61,837 nucleotides of DNA from the NCBI GenBank assembly GCA_003427395.1, contig BFEA01000018.1, positions 2,942,905-3,004,741 on the forward strand, in the 5' to 3' direction. The stretch is from Chara braunii (lineage: Eukaryota > Plantae > Charophyceae). Both the position numbers and the translations under genes were made by a program. Of this stretch, positions 1 to 12,768 are shown piece by piece. How positions within the stretch are numbered: the stretch's first letter is position 1; the number at the start of each line of letters is the position of its first letter. A model generated the notes under the pieces. It made no database searches. It had not been told where the DNA came from and worked only from the letters and a program-made list of their open reading frames with translations.

Positions 1-1109
1 GGGGGCAGCCGCCGCTCAACCTACATCCACGTGGGCGGCCTTGTACGCAAGAGGTTCTGAACAGGGGGAGTTGTAAGGAAGAAGATTAAAAACGATGCAA
101 AATGTTTTCTTTTTCGTGTTTTCAGTTGTTACTTCTCCAGGCATTTCTTTTTTATTATTTATAGGGTCTGGCTCCACTGCACTCTGAGCGTATCTGGAGC
201 AAAGAATGTGCCCTATACATTCAAAATGCTCGATCAGTCGGAAATGTATCGGTCCATCTAACAGTCCCGATACGTGTCGAGTGTTCAGTGGCGGAGGAAG
301 GCCCATACATTACGTACTCTTTTTCTCATTCGCGGAGGAGGTCACGATCGACAACGTATCGTGTACAACATAAAGATGACTATCAACTAATAACAGAAAG
401 CCTTGTTCTTTTCAAAAAAAAAAGAAGAAGAAAAAGAAAAGGAATAACAGGCTTATCTAGTGATGATGGTCGTGATCTTTTCCAAACGGATCAGTATGTT
501 GCGTTTGGGACGAAAAGCACATGGCGTCTTTGATGATGTGTGCTGATTCTTCTTGTCTTGGTTAAAAACGCTGTGTCATTTTTGGTTTATNNNNNNNNNN
601 NNNNNNNNNNNNNNNNNNNNNNNNNNNNNNNNNNNNNNNNNNNNNNNNNNNNNNNNNNNNNNNNNNNNNNNNNNNNNNNNNNNNNNNNNNNNNNNNNNNN
701 NNNNNNNNNNNNNNNNNNNNNNNNNNNNNNNNNNNNNNNNNNNNNNNNNNNNNNNNNNNNNNNNNNNNNNNNNNNNNNNNNNNNNNNNNNNNNNNNNNNN
801 NNNNNNNNNNNNNNNNNNNNNNNNNNNNNNNNNNNNNNNNNNNNNNNNNNNNNNNNNNNNNNNNNNNNNNNNNNNNNNNNNNNNNNNNNNNNNNNNNNNN
901 NNNNNNNNNNNNNNNNNNNNNNNNNNNNNNNNNNNNNNNNNNNNNNNNNNNNNNNNNNNNNNNNNNNNNNNNNNNNNNNNNNNNNNNNNNNNNNNNNNNN
1001 NNNNNNNNNNNNNNNNNNNNNNNNNNNNNNNNNNNNNNNNNNNNNNNNNNNNNNNNNNNNNNNNNNNNNNNNNNNNNNNNNNNNNNNNNNNNNNNNNNNN
1101 NNNNNNNNN

Positions 1110-1175
<66 letters not shown>
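1110..1175. repeat. (GA)n microsatellite next to an assembly gap
   Basis: Direct reading. Confidence 0.95.
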
Positions 1176-1179
<4 letters not shown>

Positions 1180-1247
1180 GGTGTGGTGGGGAATGAATAT
1201 GAGGGATGAGAAGATGATGGGGCTGATGGTTTTCTCGTTTGTAACAG

Positions 1248-1424
1248 ATTTTAAAAGAAGACGACAACAACTGGCCAGAGCCTGACCGGGTTGGGCGCCA
1301 GGAGCTCGAGATCGTGATGGGCAACGAGCATATCTCTTTCACCACCTCAAAAATTGGGTCCCTTCTTGATGTCCAGAGCAGCAAAGACCCTGAGGGTCTC
1401 CGCATTTTCTACTACCTTGTCCAG
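1248..1424 (+). CDS. MAGO: mago nashi (exon junction complex core), internal exon
   Basis: CAG|ATT...CAG|GTATGT splice sites; 177 nt translate to [59 protein letters not shown], the conserved Mago core. Upstream exon(s) not seen (outside the window or in the gap). Confidence 0.96.
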
Positions 1425-1514
1425 GTATGTCGTCTGACTAAGATAAGACCCATCCTCCTCCTCGTCGTGTTCCAAAATGCCATAGCCTGCGATTGATCAG
1501 CGAGCAAACAGGCC

Positions 1515-1691
1515 TTAAAAACCACCAGTAGTACACGCCATACATTGGCCGCGTGCTGCTTTCAAAGGCCTTAACGCGACAAAAAGGGCCGCCGATTGAA
1601 TTTATCAACGGCGGCCCCGGCCCGACTTTTTCGGATGGGTGGGCGACGGGTTTTGTTTCAGCAAGGCTGGGGCCGTGTACTGATGGTTTAA
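1515..1691. mobile_element. TTAA-flanked MITE (ACCACCAGTA TIR family)
   Basis: ttaa-aa-ACCACCAGTAGTACAC ... GTGTACTGATGGT-ttaa; same TIR as 2915, 17076 and 56231. Confidence 0.6.
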
Positions 1692-1789
1692 CGAGAGCGA
1701 GCGGGCCTTATGGTGGTTTCCTCTGTGTGTGCCTTCTTTTTTTGTCTCTCTCACACACATCTTCCTTATCTCCCCCCCCGGCTTCCCCC

Positions 1790-1975
1790 GTGCGCCCCCC
1801 TCCCCCTCCCTCCCCTCCCCTCCCTCCCCCCCCTCTCTGTCTCTGTTTCCCCGTCTCTCTCTCTCTCTCTCACACACACATCACTCTCTCTCTCACACAC
1901 ACACACATCTCTCTCTCTCTCACACACACACACACACGTCTCTCTCTTTCTCACACAAACACACACACACACACG

Positions 1976-2011
<36 letters not shown>

Positions 2012-2015
2012 GTCT

Positions 2016-2047
<32 letters not shown>

Positions 2048-2049
2048 TC

Positions 2050-2090
<41 letters not shown>
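1790..2090. repeat. compound C-rich/(TC)n/(CA)n simple repeat
   Basis: Direct reading. Confidence 0.95.
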
Positions 2091-2914
2091 TGTCAACGGG
2101 TGGAAAAGACAACAGAAAGTTCATCTCTTTAGCTCATTTTTTTCTAGCTGGGTGGTCCGCTTGACCCTGTTTTGAGCCTCTACAGTGGATTGACCGGCTT
2201 GCTTCAGATTCTTCAGCTTTATTACCTCCCTTGTCTTTTCTTCTTTAACATTTTTATTTGATTTGTTTATATAATTAATATGGCTCCCTCCCCTGTGTAT
2301 GTTGGGGGAGTGTGCATTATGTCTGTTCATCGGATCATTGGCTCACTGGAGCCTTCCGATTGCTGTTCATATTGCCTCAGTTGATGCAGTCAATCTTGGC
2401 AGATCCCATTAGTGCTAGGTCATGCTTAGAAAGTATGAACCCGGATGGGAATCTGGCCACGTTCGTGCCTTTGTAGCATGGACGCAGCATCACCGTGGCT
2501 CGACCCTCAGTTGGGTACCGGACTCTACTCACCCAGACTCCCTCCTGTCACCCTGCCTCCCTCCTCTCACCCAGACCCCTCCTCCCACCCAGACTCCCTC
2601 CTCTCCCTATGCGTGTTAATTGCTCACTTGGTCGCTCGTGTGTGACTGCCCTGGATAACAGTGAGCCATCTAGTTTGTCTTTACAGGTTTCCAAATCGGG
2701 TCGTAAAACTGACCAGGTTCATGCTAGCATGTTACAAACATAGCACTAATGTGCTGTGACCGTTAGTGTGGAATCAATTTTGCCTAATGACTGACTACAT
2801 GCCTAAACCTACTGGTGCTATGGTGGTCCCGACGAAGGACGAATCTTGTTGTAAATCTGACCAAGTTCATGTGAGCACAGCTCAGGCATAGCACCTGTGT
2901 GATCTCGCCCTTAA

Positions 2915-3356
2915 ACCACCAGTCCCCACGATGATTGGAAAATGGCACTCCTGTGCTGGGTGTGCGACGGTGCAGGGGAGTGGGCGTGGGGCTTTCGGTC
3001 TACAGCCCGCGGGTGCTGTATGCGTGACTTCGATGATTTTCGCACAAAGTCCTTTTTGCATGAAAAAATCTGAAAAAAAAACCCACATGTCTGTAGGTTT
3101 GGTGCTGGTCTTTCGAGGCAAAGAAAAAGAGAGATTGTAAGATGGTGAAAAAAACTGTCACCACAAGCTTGCGCATCTTTTCTGTTTTGTTTTCACATTT
3201 TCTCTCTGTGCTGCTACCAGTAGGCCCGATTCTCCCCCCCTGCCCCCCTCTTCCTGGCCACACCGGTTGGATGAATTTGGGCGCTCCTGTAGTAGCGCGT
3301 ACATTTCCGAAAATCGTGGCTTGTTAACGGGCACGACGTTAGGAAGTACTGGTGGT
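2915..3356. mobile_element. TTAA-flanked MITE (piggyBac-like target site)
   Basis: TTAA|ACCACCAGT ... AGTACTGGTGGT|TCAA; the right ~85 bp is the diverged reverse complement of the left part of the 56231 copy. Confidence 0.7.
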
Positions 3357-3414
3357 TCAAGGATTTTTTAAAGGATTTTTAATCAATAGGGCGAAATCGG
3401 AAACCAGCGGACCT

Positions 3415-3506
3415 GTCCCTTTGGGACATCCATTAAAATTGGAACGACACTCAGAAGATTAGCATGGCCCCTGTGGAAAAATGACACACACAAATCGAGA
3501 AATGGT
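3415..3506 (+). pseudogene. U6: near full-length U6 snRNA retrocopy
   Basis: GTCCCTTTGGGACATCCATTAAAATTGGAACGACACTCAGAAGATTAGCATGGCCCCTG...CAAATCGAGAAATGGT matches plant U6; ACAGAGA box altered to ACTCAGA; followed by an A-rich tail rather than a T-run terminator. Confidence 0.9.
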
Positions 3507-3696
3507 AAAAAAAAAACAAGACAAAAAAAAGGGGGAAACGGCTGAACTTTATCCTAAACCCTAAACCTCTAACCCTTTGTTCTATTGTCATGAGGCCGGG
3601 CGAATGCATTTTTGTTTTTTCCCCCCTCTGTTTTTTTGTGTAACTAAGCTATATTCTTCTTTCAAATCCGCCTTCCACTACCCCTACCTGCTGCTA

Positions 3697-3805
3697 CCCC
3701 TAAGGCTATATGGGGGACCCCTAAGGCTATACGGGGGACCCCCAAGGCTATACGGGGGACCCCTAAGGCTATACGGGGGACCTCTAAGGCTATATGGGGG
3801 ACCCC
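3697..3805. repeat. 21-bp minisatellite, about 5 copies
   Basis: Unit CCCCTAAGGCTATAYGGGGGA. Confidence 0.9.
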
Positions 3806-4789
3806 TGCAAGCATAGCTAATATTAGCTATTAGCTACCTCTTAGAGGGAAGGGGATATTGCATGTTGCCCCTTGCCCTAGTGGTCAGGGGGCAGAGTTGG
3901 GGCTGCCGGTGGTGGCCCGGATATCACGAAGAGCAGGTTGCCGTTAGCTGCACCTCCCTTTTGTTCTTCGTCCCCACGCACCGAGTAACCGCTGTGTCCA
4001 AGCCCAACACTCTCTCACACACCGCACACAACCCATTCACAAATTCACTTACACCCTTGTTGGCTAAAGATCCTACTTATTATACCAACCCGGGGGAGCA
4101 ACATGACTCTCTCAGCTGGTTGGCACAAAGCCTGCACAGGCGGTCCCACGACCCGCCTGAATGCCCACTTGCATGCCTATAAGGCTATAACCAATTGAGC
4201 TAGCTAGGCCACTCGCCCTCAGCTGTGAATGTTTCTGCTTTTATCGATTTTGTTTCTTTTTAGTTTCACTCCTTCGTTTTCCTCGCGAGAATGGCTGGCT
4301 CTCTTGCGAAGAGTGTGCAGCAGCTCTATTCCGAGAGGCACCAGGTAAGGGAGGCATGCCATGCTGTACTTGACGCAGCGGGTGGTTTGTCTTCCCTCCA
4401 CCTGTGTGACTGTCGGAGTCAAAAAATGCTATCTTAACTTGTCGGCCGTGTTATATCATTTTGCCTGTCGCTTATTTATTTGATCGCAGGGCCTCGCGGC
4501 TCTATTCGGATTCATGTGAATGGCTGTAGCAGCATGCACTTACTCTTGCTTGTGTGGACTACCACTTTGTATCCTTAATCAGCTTTCAGAGAAAAGGAAA
4601 GGCAGGAAGGATCGTTCGTTCTAATGTAGAAACCAAGACGAAAATGTTTGTAAAAGAAAAAAGGGAACTGAAAGGTATTGTTATGTCAGTCCTGAAATTT
4701 TGAGCAATATCAAGGAGGGATACTCTGCAACTAGGCTATTTAATTCCTGATCTGTTCCTCGTTTACATGCAGGGCATTTCTGGTTGGTA

Positions 4790-5435
4790 CTAACTTTGTA
4801 CTTGGCCTGTACCTGGTTTGCACCTGCTTTGTACATGTATCCTGTTTGAGCCTGTTTCTGAACCTGGTTTCCTCGTGCTTTGTACCTGGTTTTCGTATAT
4901 ACCCACTTTGTACCTGGTTTTTACCAGCCTTGTACCTTGTTTAGGTGTGCAATGTGTACCTGGTGTCTATCTCACCTGGTCTACATTGTGTGTGGGACTG
5001 ACTTTTGTACCTTACTCTTAAACATGTGCCTGGTTTGTGTGCGGTCTTTACCTAGTTTATACCTGCTTTATACCTGGTTTCTACCTAGTTTCTACCTGCT
5101 TTATACCTGGTTTGTACCTGGTTTGTACCTGGTTTGTACCCGTTTTGTACCTGGTTTGTACCTGGTAAGTTTACCAGGTTTGTACCTTGTTTGTCCGTTA
5201 GGTTTATACCTGGTTTGTACCTGGTTTGTACCTGGCTTGTACCTGGTTTGTACCTGGTAAATTTACCAGGTTTGTCTGTACCTTGTTTGTACCTCGTGCT
5301 TTGTACCTGGTTTTCCTATATACCCACTTTGTACCTGTTTTTTATCAGCTTTGTACCTTGTTTAGGTGTGCAATGTGTACCTGGTGTATATCTCACCTGG
5401 TCTACATTGTGTGGGGCGGACTTTTGTACCTTGCT
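4790..5435. repeat. TACCTGGTTTG-based degenerate tandem array with a duplicated ~140 bp block
   Basis: Many 11-mer copies; 4870-5010 resembles 5290-5430. Confidence 0.85.
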
Positions 5436-6016
5436 TGAGTTAGTAGTTTGCTTCAGTTGGCAGAATCGCGTTTCTGATATGGATTCATTTTCTTTTCTTT
5501 ATTGGGTTTCCTATGTTGACTGATTTTCTAATCTCGTATTCGATTTTGTTTGAGAATGTTCCAATTAGCAAAAAGAAAGAAATTTCCAACTGGGCAGTCA
5601 TGAGGACACTGTTGATTTGGCATATGAGGGTTTGGTCCAGTCTTTGGCATGCATGTTGACCATGTGCCGATCCATTCGTGGGGAGCAGCACGTGCTGGGA
5701 ACTGGGTGCAGCGTCCCTTGTGGTAATAGACAGAACTTCGAAGTCGTGGGGCCCGGGGCCATTACCCGGCTTCGGCTAGCAATAAGGGACATCCAGGAAG
5801 ATTCGAGAAACAACAACGAACCAAAAGCCGAAACCACCCATCACCTCCGCGATGAAGAAGACGGGGAGGGGAACCGCCGACCTCTTCCATTGTGGAGGTC
5901 GAAAGAAGACTCAACGTTTGCGGCAGAGGGATGCTGGCTGATTGGGCATTTGAAACGCAATTGCCGTATGCTGACAAATCTCATTCATTTTTTTATTTTT
6001 TATTCTTTTATTTTCA

Positions 6017-6083
6017 GACCTTTTCTTGATTTGTGCATGTCATTGTTGCTCAGGGGCCATGCTAATCTACTCTGTATCGTACC
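6017..6083 (-). pseudogene. U6: 5'-truncated U6 snRNA copy, antisense to mago
   Basis: Reverse complement reads GGTACGATACAGAGTAGATTAGCATGGCCCCTGAGCAACAATGACATGCACAAATCAAGAAAAGGTC, then an A-rich tract. Confidence 0.85.
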
Positions 6084-6221
6084 TTTTTTTTTTTTTTTTT
6101 TAAGGGTGTCGTACTATCGTTCCTATCTTTTTTTTTCTTTTCAAGTTCCTATCTTTTTAACGGATGTGTCATTCGGTTGTGTTTTTTTGTGCGACTTTGG
6201 TGACGACTGCTGTGGTTGCAG

Positions 6222-6281
6222 GATCTCAAGTGTTTTGTGTTTTCGCTCATTGGACTGCACTTCAAAATCAAGCCTATCTAG
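6222..6281 (+). CDS. MAGO: mago nashi terminal exon
   Basis: TGCAG|GAT CTC AAG...ATC TAG = DLKCFVFSLIGLHFKIKPI*, the canonical Mago C-terminus; phase 0 matches the donor at 1425. Confidence 0.96.
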   Translation, partial: DLKCFVFSLIGLHFKIKPI

Positions 6282-6719
6282 TTGTTGTGCACTTGAGATT
6301 TCAATTTTGCCTTTCTTTTTTTGTTTCCAGACCTTTCTCTCTTTTGCAGGCCTCTCCTTTCTGTCTTCCCTCGCGCGGAACGTTTTTTTTATGTTGAATT
6401 AAGCTTTCTTCTTCACCGTCTTTGTGATGACCACCCGAGACCTTGTAGGACTCCAGATTTTGCTTGTATTGATTGTTGTATTTCTGTAATAAAGTTTGAG
6501 AATTTGTTCTTCCTACCGCCAAGAGAATGGCTATCTGGTATCGGTCTCGTTTGTTGTTCGCCTTTTCTTTTCTCTTTCCTTTTGAGCCGTCTTTTTCTTT
6601 TCTTTTCCCCTCTTAGTCTTACTTTTCTTTTCTTCGATTCTTCCTCCTGCTGTACCTCCTGCTCTGATACAATTCGAGAATTCTACAGCTCACTTCCAAT
6701 TTGCGGAAACAGGTATAAT

Positions 6720-7438
6720 GGCTTCTTCCGTTGTCTTCTTCTTCTTCTTCTTTCTGTTTCACTTCTTCCTCTTCTTCTTCTTCTTCTATGGCTTTTTGTC
6801 TGTCTTCTTTTTCTTCCGTTCCTTGTCTTATGTGCGGTGGATGCAGGAGTGTGGTTCGCCCCTTAATAAGCCTGGAGCGCAGCCAAGCGATACGCGTCGG
6901 GGAATGTGCGCGTTTGTGAGCTTCGTCTATGTCCATGCTTGTTCTATGATGTGCATTATTCTGCTCGTGGACTAGTAGCATGTTGCCTTGCTACATTATT
7001 CCATTTCTTCTCCTTCTCCTTCTTCTTTCATCTTCCGTCTCTCTTCGTTCTTCGTTCTTTGTTCTTCGTTCTTCTTGCTGCTTCTTGTTCTTCTTCTTCG
7101 TTGTCTTTGTGTCTTTCTCTTTGTCTTTGTCTTTGTCTTCGTCTACGTCTTCATCTTCGTCTTCGGCCTCTTCCTCTGCATAGCCATGGAAAATGATGAC
7201 CCAGTGAAACAACGGAATTCCTATGTTTGTTCTTCTATTCCACCTGAGAGCCCAAAGCTTTTCATGCATGACGGCAGAGTCGAGTCCCAGAAAATGGATA
7301 ACATGAAAATTATGACAGATGCCAGTGAAAACAAAGATAAACAGCGGCAAGAGGAGGGTAGTGGGGCAATTGTGAACATAAAAAAAAAAACAGTGAGGAA
7401 TCACAAAGTGGTGACATCGCTAGCATCTACTCGGGTTG

Positions 7439-7474
<36 letters not shown>

Positions 7475-7570
7475 TGACAAAGCAGAAGCAGAAGAAGAAG
7501 CAAAGAAGAAGAAGAAGAAAGTGATGAAGAAGAAGAAGTAGAAGAAAAGCAGCAGCAGCAGCAGAAGCTG
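6720..7570. repeat. (CTT)n / (GAA)n low-complexity region
   Basis: Direct reading. Confidence 0.85.
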
Positions 7571-10500
7571 CTAGCAAGAAGCAAGAAACAGCAGCAGGGG
7601 GGTAAGTAGGCTTTTCTTAGCTGTTTTTTTTTTTTTGGTGCTTAGAGAGAAGTTGAATGGGAGAAAAACTTGTTGGGACATGCTTGTGTGGGACACTAGA
7701 TCTGTGACTTGAGTGGGGGTTCTTTCGGTTGAATCCTCGGATTTTTGGTTTGCTTGGCGTGCAGGCAGGTAAAAAGGGTGAGTGCGGAAAGTGAACTTAA
7801 ATCTTGTCGAATGTGGTGATGAGGAAGAGAATGTTTTCCTACCCTTGTTTATTGATGTTATCCACGTACTGGTCAAGCGAACGAGAACTGATTTCTTTGA
7901 GGGAAAAGTGAAGAGGGCCGGAAAAAGAACCTCGGTCATGAAAAAAGGAAAAGGAATGAATGAACCTAGTCTAACCCCAAGGCTTCCCTTTTCTGTCCCG
8001 AATGCCCTCTCGATCTAACCCCGTTCAAACAAGTTATCGTTTGTCCGCGTTTGCCCTTTGTCATTCTTCCGCGGGGCCTACTTTCCTATTCATTCAAATT
8101 TGTCATTGGCATCAGAATTCCATTTGGCTCTGATCCACCTTAATCGAGGCGGCTCCTACTTGCAGCTATAGCCTTAGGTATCCTAAGTCAGGCATCCGTC
8201 CACAAAAGATTTGAAGAAGGTCAAATGTCTTCACCGGCCTTTCCGAGCCCAAATCGTTAGGAAGTAGTTCGTTCTACCCATTCTCTCCTCGCCCGGGCAC
8301 GAGGCGTGGATCTCAGAAGTAGGTGTCGGCTCCTCCACAACAACATTGCACCACCCCCATAAATGGGTCTATGCGGCGTACCGCATCTCTCCCCAGCCAG
8401 CCTCAATGGTCGTGGTTCCAAGAAGAGAGCCATTCCTAGCAATCGAGGTCAGCGAACCTGTCGACAGCCTCACCTGTTTTCTCCCCTCTTGCTTGGGCTG
8501 TCATACAGTGTGAGGGCGCACACAGGTGTGAGAGGATCCAAGCCAACCACTGACCTAGAGTAGTAGTATCAATGCGCCTCAGCTCGTACAAGAAAGTCAA
8601 AAAAAAAAAGTGCACCTTGCCGAAGAAACGACTGCAATCAGTAGTCCCAATCCGCTCTCAACTTCCAAGTCCCATACCTGGCAATCCCAAAAACAAACAG
8701 AACTTTCCCTCTACTAAGTACCACATGACGAATAATAATTTTGGCAGCATAATGCCGCGAAAACTGCCGCCGTCAATGCCGAAAGAAATCGGCAGCATAT
8801 CCCCACAAGAGGGATAACAGCCTGCCGTAGTCCAGTCCACCAGTACTTCCACCAACGTGGCCCTGAAGTTTGCTGCTGCTGCTCGAAACCCGCTGTCAAA
8901 TTAATAAAATTTGGGCGCTGGACAAAGTCCAGGCCCAGAGTACACTCCCGTCATGCCGCCTTGGTCCCGCAGAGTCCCTAGGACCACTCCACCGGACCAT
9001 CACCAGCCAGAGGGAAATGGAGCAGAGCGCTCCTGACCCCGGCTACGGCTGCCCTCTTCCTCCTCTAAAGCTCCACTGCAGACCTCCAGCCTCCTCGCAC
9101 GTTGCCTCCGGCAGCCTCAAAGTACCCCTCTGTTGAACGGTCCACTCCGGGTCGATTACAGCGCCGACTCCTAAAGCAACGAATCCCCACCCCATATTTC
9201 CTCCTAGAGTGAGGAAGACCTCTGGCTTGGAGCCAGGTTGAGCGCCCTAACCTCCTATGCGGGAAAATGACTTAGACAAAATAGAAAGTCAGAGGAAGAG
9301 AGAGTGGAGACTCGTTTGGACGGGGTTAGATCAAGAGGGCCTTTCGGTATAGAAAAGGGGAACCTGGAGGGCACTTGGGTTGAGATGTGCATGTGGGAAC
9401 ATTCCCTTTGTTTTATTCCTCAAGGAAGATGTTGGAAGGTACAAGTCTGAGCGTGTCCTCGGTGTGTGTATGCTATCACAAATTACTTTGACAGGCTTGA
9501 TTATACCCCTTAGCAAGAATGGCTGAGAGCTGCTTCAAATCCAGGGAAAGCAAGCCAGCTATTTCCCTCCATCTCTGTGTCTCCCCTTATCCCTCCTCTT
9601 GCCTCAAGGAACTTTTGTGATTCCTTGCTTTGTGGACATGTTTTCTGGACTTTCTTCCGGCTTCTCCCCCTGCCTTATCTGGGCCCCTTTTTTTGCCTAC
9701 CTACCTGTCAACGCTGGGTGCTACAAGGCCGCAACCCCCATTTGTAGTCTAAGGGAGACCCTGGGCCTCCCCAAAGGAGTACTGGGGGAGTTGAACCCTT
9801 TTCCCCCCGAAAACGTCAATGGCGGGGTTCTGCTTCTGGGGTCATAAGAGCGGCCCCCATTAGCGAGACTGCCTGTTCTGATGGCTCCTGTCTTATATTT
9901 ACCTTCCCTATGCCCGCTCCGCTTCTGGGGGTGGTAAGAACAACCCCCAGAAGCGCCTTCGTCATTATGGAGGTATTAAGGGAAAGATGGGCCCAAGACA
10001 TAGTGCTGGATCATCATCACCTGGGCAACTTCAACTGGGCTAGATATGCTCTTTTTTTTTTTCTTTTTCTTTTTAAGAAAATGGCCCCCTGCAGTGCTAG
10101 TGATGCTGGTTGAAACAGGCACCACTAGCACCCGGGGAGCGGCTCCATCTATTTGGTGGGGAACATCACCTGCTGGAAAATAGGTCCAGCGTCCCATATA
10201 CAAAACGATTCAGGATGACCTCAGGGAAAGTAACTGAGAAAACGCCTGCCAGCATTGATTACTCTGGTGTCCAGAGGATTAACTGTGCAGGTTATTGAGA
10301 AATAGAGAGAAACCTCTTTGCCCTGTATCAGGCGCCAGATACCTGCTGTTAAGAAGTAGTTCCTCCCTCCCTCCGCCGCCCCTACCCACCCTGTCTCAAG
10401 TGTCGTCACCCTCCCTCCCCACTTTCCATCCTCGTTCCTCTCTAATCAGAGACCATTCCCGACCCGCCAGCATTAATCACCCGTGTCGAGAAGAAAAGAG

Positions 10501-11569
10501 CTCTGCTTGGAAAGGAAATTTCTGGCGGGGAGGAGGGGGAACCGGTAAGCGTTCGGTAGCGCCGCGTTAGCGCTAAGGCAGCGCTAATTCGAGCACTGGC
10601 TAATTCGTTCTCGGATTAGCGGAGTCTTAGTGCTCCACGGCCGGTCGCCGCTTGGCGGGAAAGTACGCTAGTCGAAGTCCTGTGGCCACGCGGTATGGAA
10701 AGGCTGGCGTCTCGACGGGAAGAAGACATAGCTGAGCTATGTCTTCGGTTGCTCATATCCGAACCTCTGCTTGAGTGGAGAGGGAGTGCCTTTGCACTCA
10801 AGGATAGGGGCCTCAGGCGACTTCCTCCTCTGTCCCACCTCTCACTTCACTAATTTTCTATCCTTGGAAACTACCGAAATGTTTTCTCTTCAAACACTAA
10901 TATTGGTTATTGCACAATCATGTTGATTACTGGTGCCCGCAAAAGCAGGCTTGAGTCTCAGGCACAGACAACCGTTGGGAACGGCGGACCGAGAGCTGCA
11001 AGGGCAACTACTGGAAGAATGATCTGGACCGCATCGCGGCGGGCAGTGAGAGAGCCTGCAGCAATGGTGGGAGCGTGCCGGAAGATTTCAGAACAAGAGC
11101 TCTAATCTCGGCATGGGATCTCGTGGAAGATCTGGAGCTTTGAGGCTCTGCTTTTGGTGCTCGGAGACAGATGCATTCATTGGCTTTCCTTTTCTTATGC
11201 TTAGTATCTGGCCGTAGCCTTTGCTAATGGGTAGTTAGATCCCCTGGCATCATGCATCTACTGGACATAGTTTGTTAGGTTTACGGGCTGTGTGGTTTCT
11301 TACTGTGTGGTTTCTTACGCTGATAGAAGCTCTGTTTACTCTGTCGTATTTTAGGGTAATGATTGAGGTTGCTGTCGCTTGAATTTCCTGGGCAGTAAAA
11401 TTCTCCCCTGACGTTAATACATATTTTGCCTATAGGGTTTCACACTTAGAAGCACGTACTGGAATGGACACAGTAATGGGTCATCTCAATGCGCTTATGC
11501 AGCAAGCTGGATAATTAGGTGTTAGTAGATGCCACGATCGATTGACGTGGCTGCAGCAGCTTAAAGATG

Positions 11570-12460
11570 AGAGAGGAAGTAATTCTCGAGTGGTTGAGGG
11601 TGAAACTTAGGAGCCACCAGTAGCCGTGCCACCTTGAGCAGTGAGAGTGGCACAAGGGGAAGTGGGAACGCTACTGGTAGGAAGGAAAAGAGAGAACCGA
11701 TGAAGAACAAACTTGAGGTGTATCCACTGGGTGCGTGGTGGGAAACCCGTCTTGGCAGCTCAGGCTCTTTACAGTGTTGTGGACAGTGAGGATGAAAAGG
11801 TTGCCCTGATAAAGCTGAGGGAACCATGATGGATGAGAAATTTAGTTGCTATGTCTGCAGTTGCTTTGAGAAGGTCGCGGTAGTAGTTCACAAATAGAAG
11901 AGGTAAGTAATTTAGAGTAGTTCAGGCCAAACATCACGGAGCCATTAGTAGCGGTGCCACCTTGAGCAGTGAGAGTGGGTCAAGTGCCAGTGGGAACGCT
12001 ACTGGTAGGGAGGAAAGAGAGAACCGGTGAAGAGCAAACTTGAGGTGTACCCATTGGGTGCGTGGTGGGGAAAACCCGTCTCGGCAGCTCAGGCTCTTTA
12101 CAGTGCTTTGGGCAGTAAGGTTGAGAAGCTTGCCCAGATAGAATTGAGGGAATCATTGTGGGTGAGGAATGTAGTTGGTATGTAGTTGATAGGTCTGTAG
12201 TTGTTCTGTGAAGGCTCTTGCCCAAATTCACCAACAGATGAGGGAAGTAATTTAGAATAGCTCAGGGTGAAGTCCACGGAACTACTAGTAGAGGTGCCAC
12301 CTTGAACAGTGGGAGTGTGACGAGGGGCAGTGGGAACTCTACTGGCCGGAAGGAAAGAGAGAACCGGTGAAAAGCAAACTTGAGATGTATCCATTGGGTG
12401 CGTGGTGAGAAACCCGTCTTGGCAAGCTCAGGCTCTTCACAGTGTTTCAGACAGTGAGAA
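11570..12460. repeat. ~330-340 bp tandem repeat, about 2.7 copies
   Basis: GTGCCACCTTGAGCAGTG...CCATTGGGTGCGTGGTG...CTCAGGCTCTT recurs at about 11625, 11955 and 12295. Confidence 0.9.
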
Positions 12461-12709
12461 ATGAGGGGACCACTCTGCTCCTAGGGTCTATGGTAGTAGA
12501 TTGGGTTGGTAGTGTTTAGTGTGTCTGGCTTTATTTCGTTTGCGAATTCATTTTATTTTGCTAGCTCAGAATAAGCTAAACCAGTTGATGCTGCCAGGAT
12601 AACTCCCGGTTGAATTGTAAGGTCCCCGGCCTCGCCAATTGAATTTCGAAATATATGAGTTCCTTAAAAAAAAAAAAAAAAAGAAGAAGTATTATGTGTA
12701 CTGACTCTA

Positions 12710-12747
<38 letters not shown>

Positions 12748-12768
12748 GGCTACTTCCCTTGCATGAGT

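Larger units (their letters stand above)
1425..6221 (+). other. ~4.8 kb GT-AG intron of mago nashi filled with repeats
   Basis: Bounded by the two Mago exons; contains MITEs, microsatellites, U6 copies and tandem repeats. Confidence 0.9.

Noticed and set aside
540-1209. Long ORFs spanning N-runs (also 52649-53182, 55601-55911, 59072-60350)
   Set aside because: Artefacts of assembly gaps and microsatellites.
3415-3506. Functional U6 gene
   Set aside because: ACAGAGA box mutated, A-tail instead of a T terminator, and no clear USE/TATA upstream.
3553-3575. Telomere-like CCCTAAA repeats
   Set aside because: Only 2-3 imperfect units; too short to interpret.
5617-6402. 261-aa plus-strand ORF
   Set aside because: It crosses intronic repeats and the antisense U6 copy, and overlaps the real mago exon in a different frame.
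6660-6672. GCTCTGATACAA, resembling a reverse tRNA-Met primer-binding site
   Set aside because: One mismatch, and no LTR pair or gag/pol found nearby.
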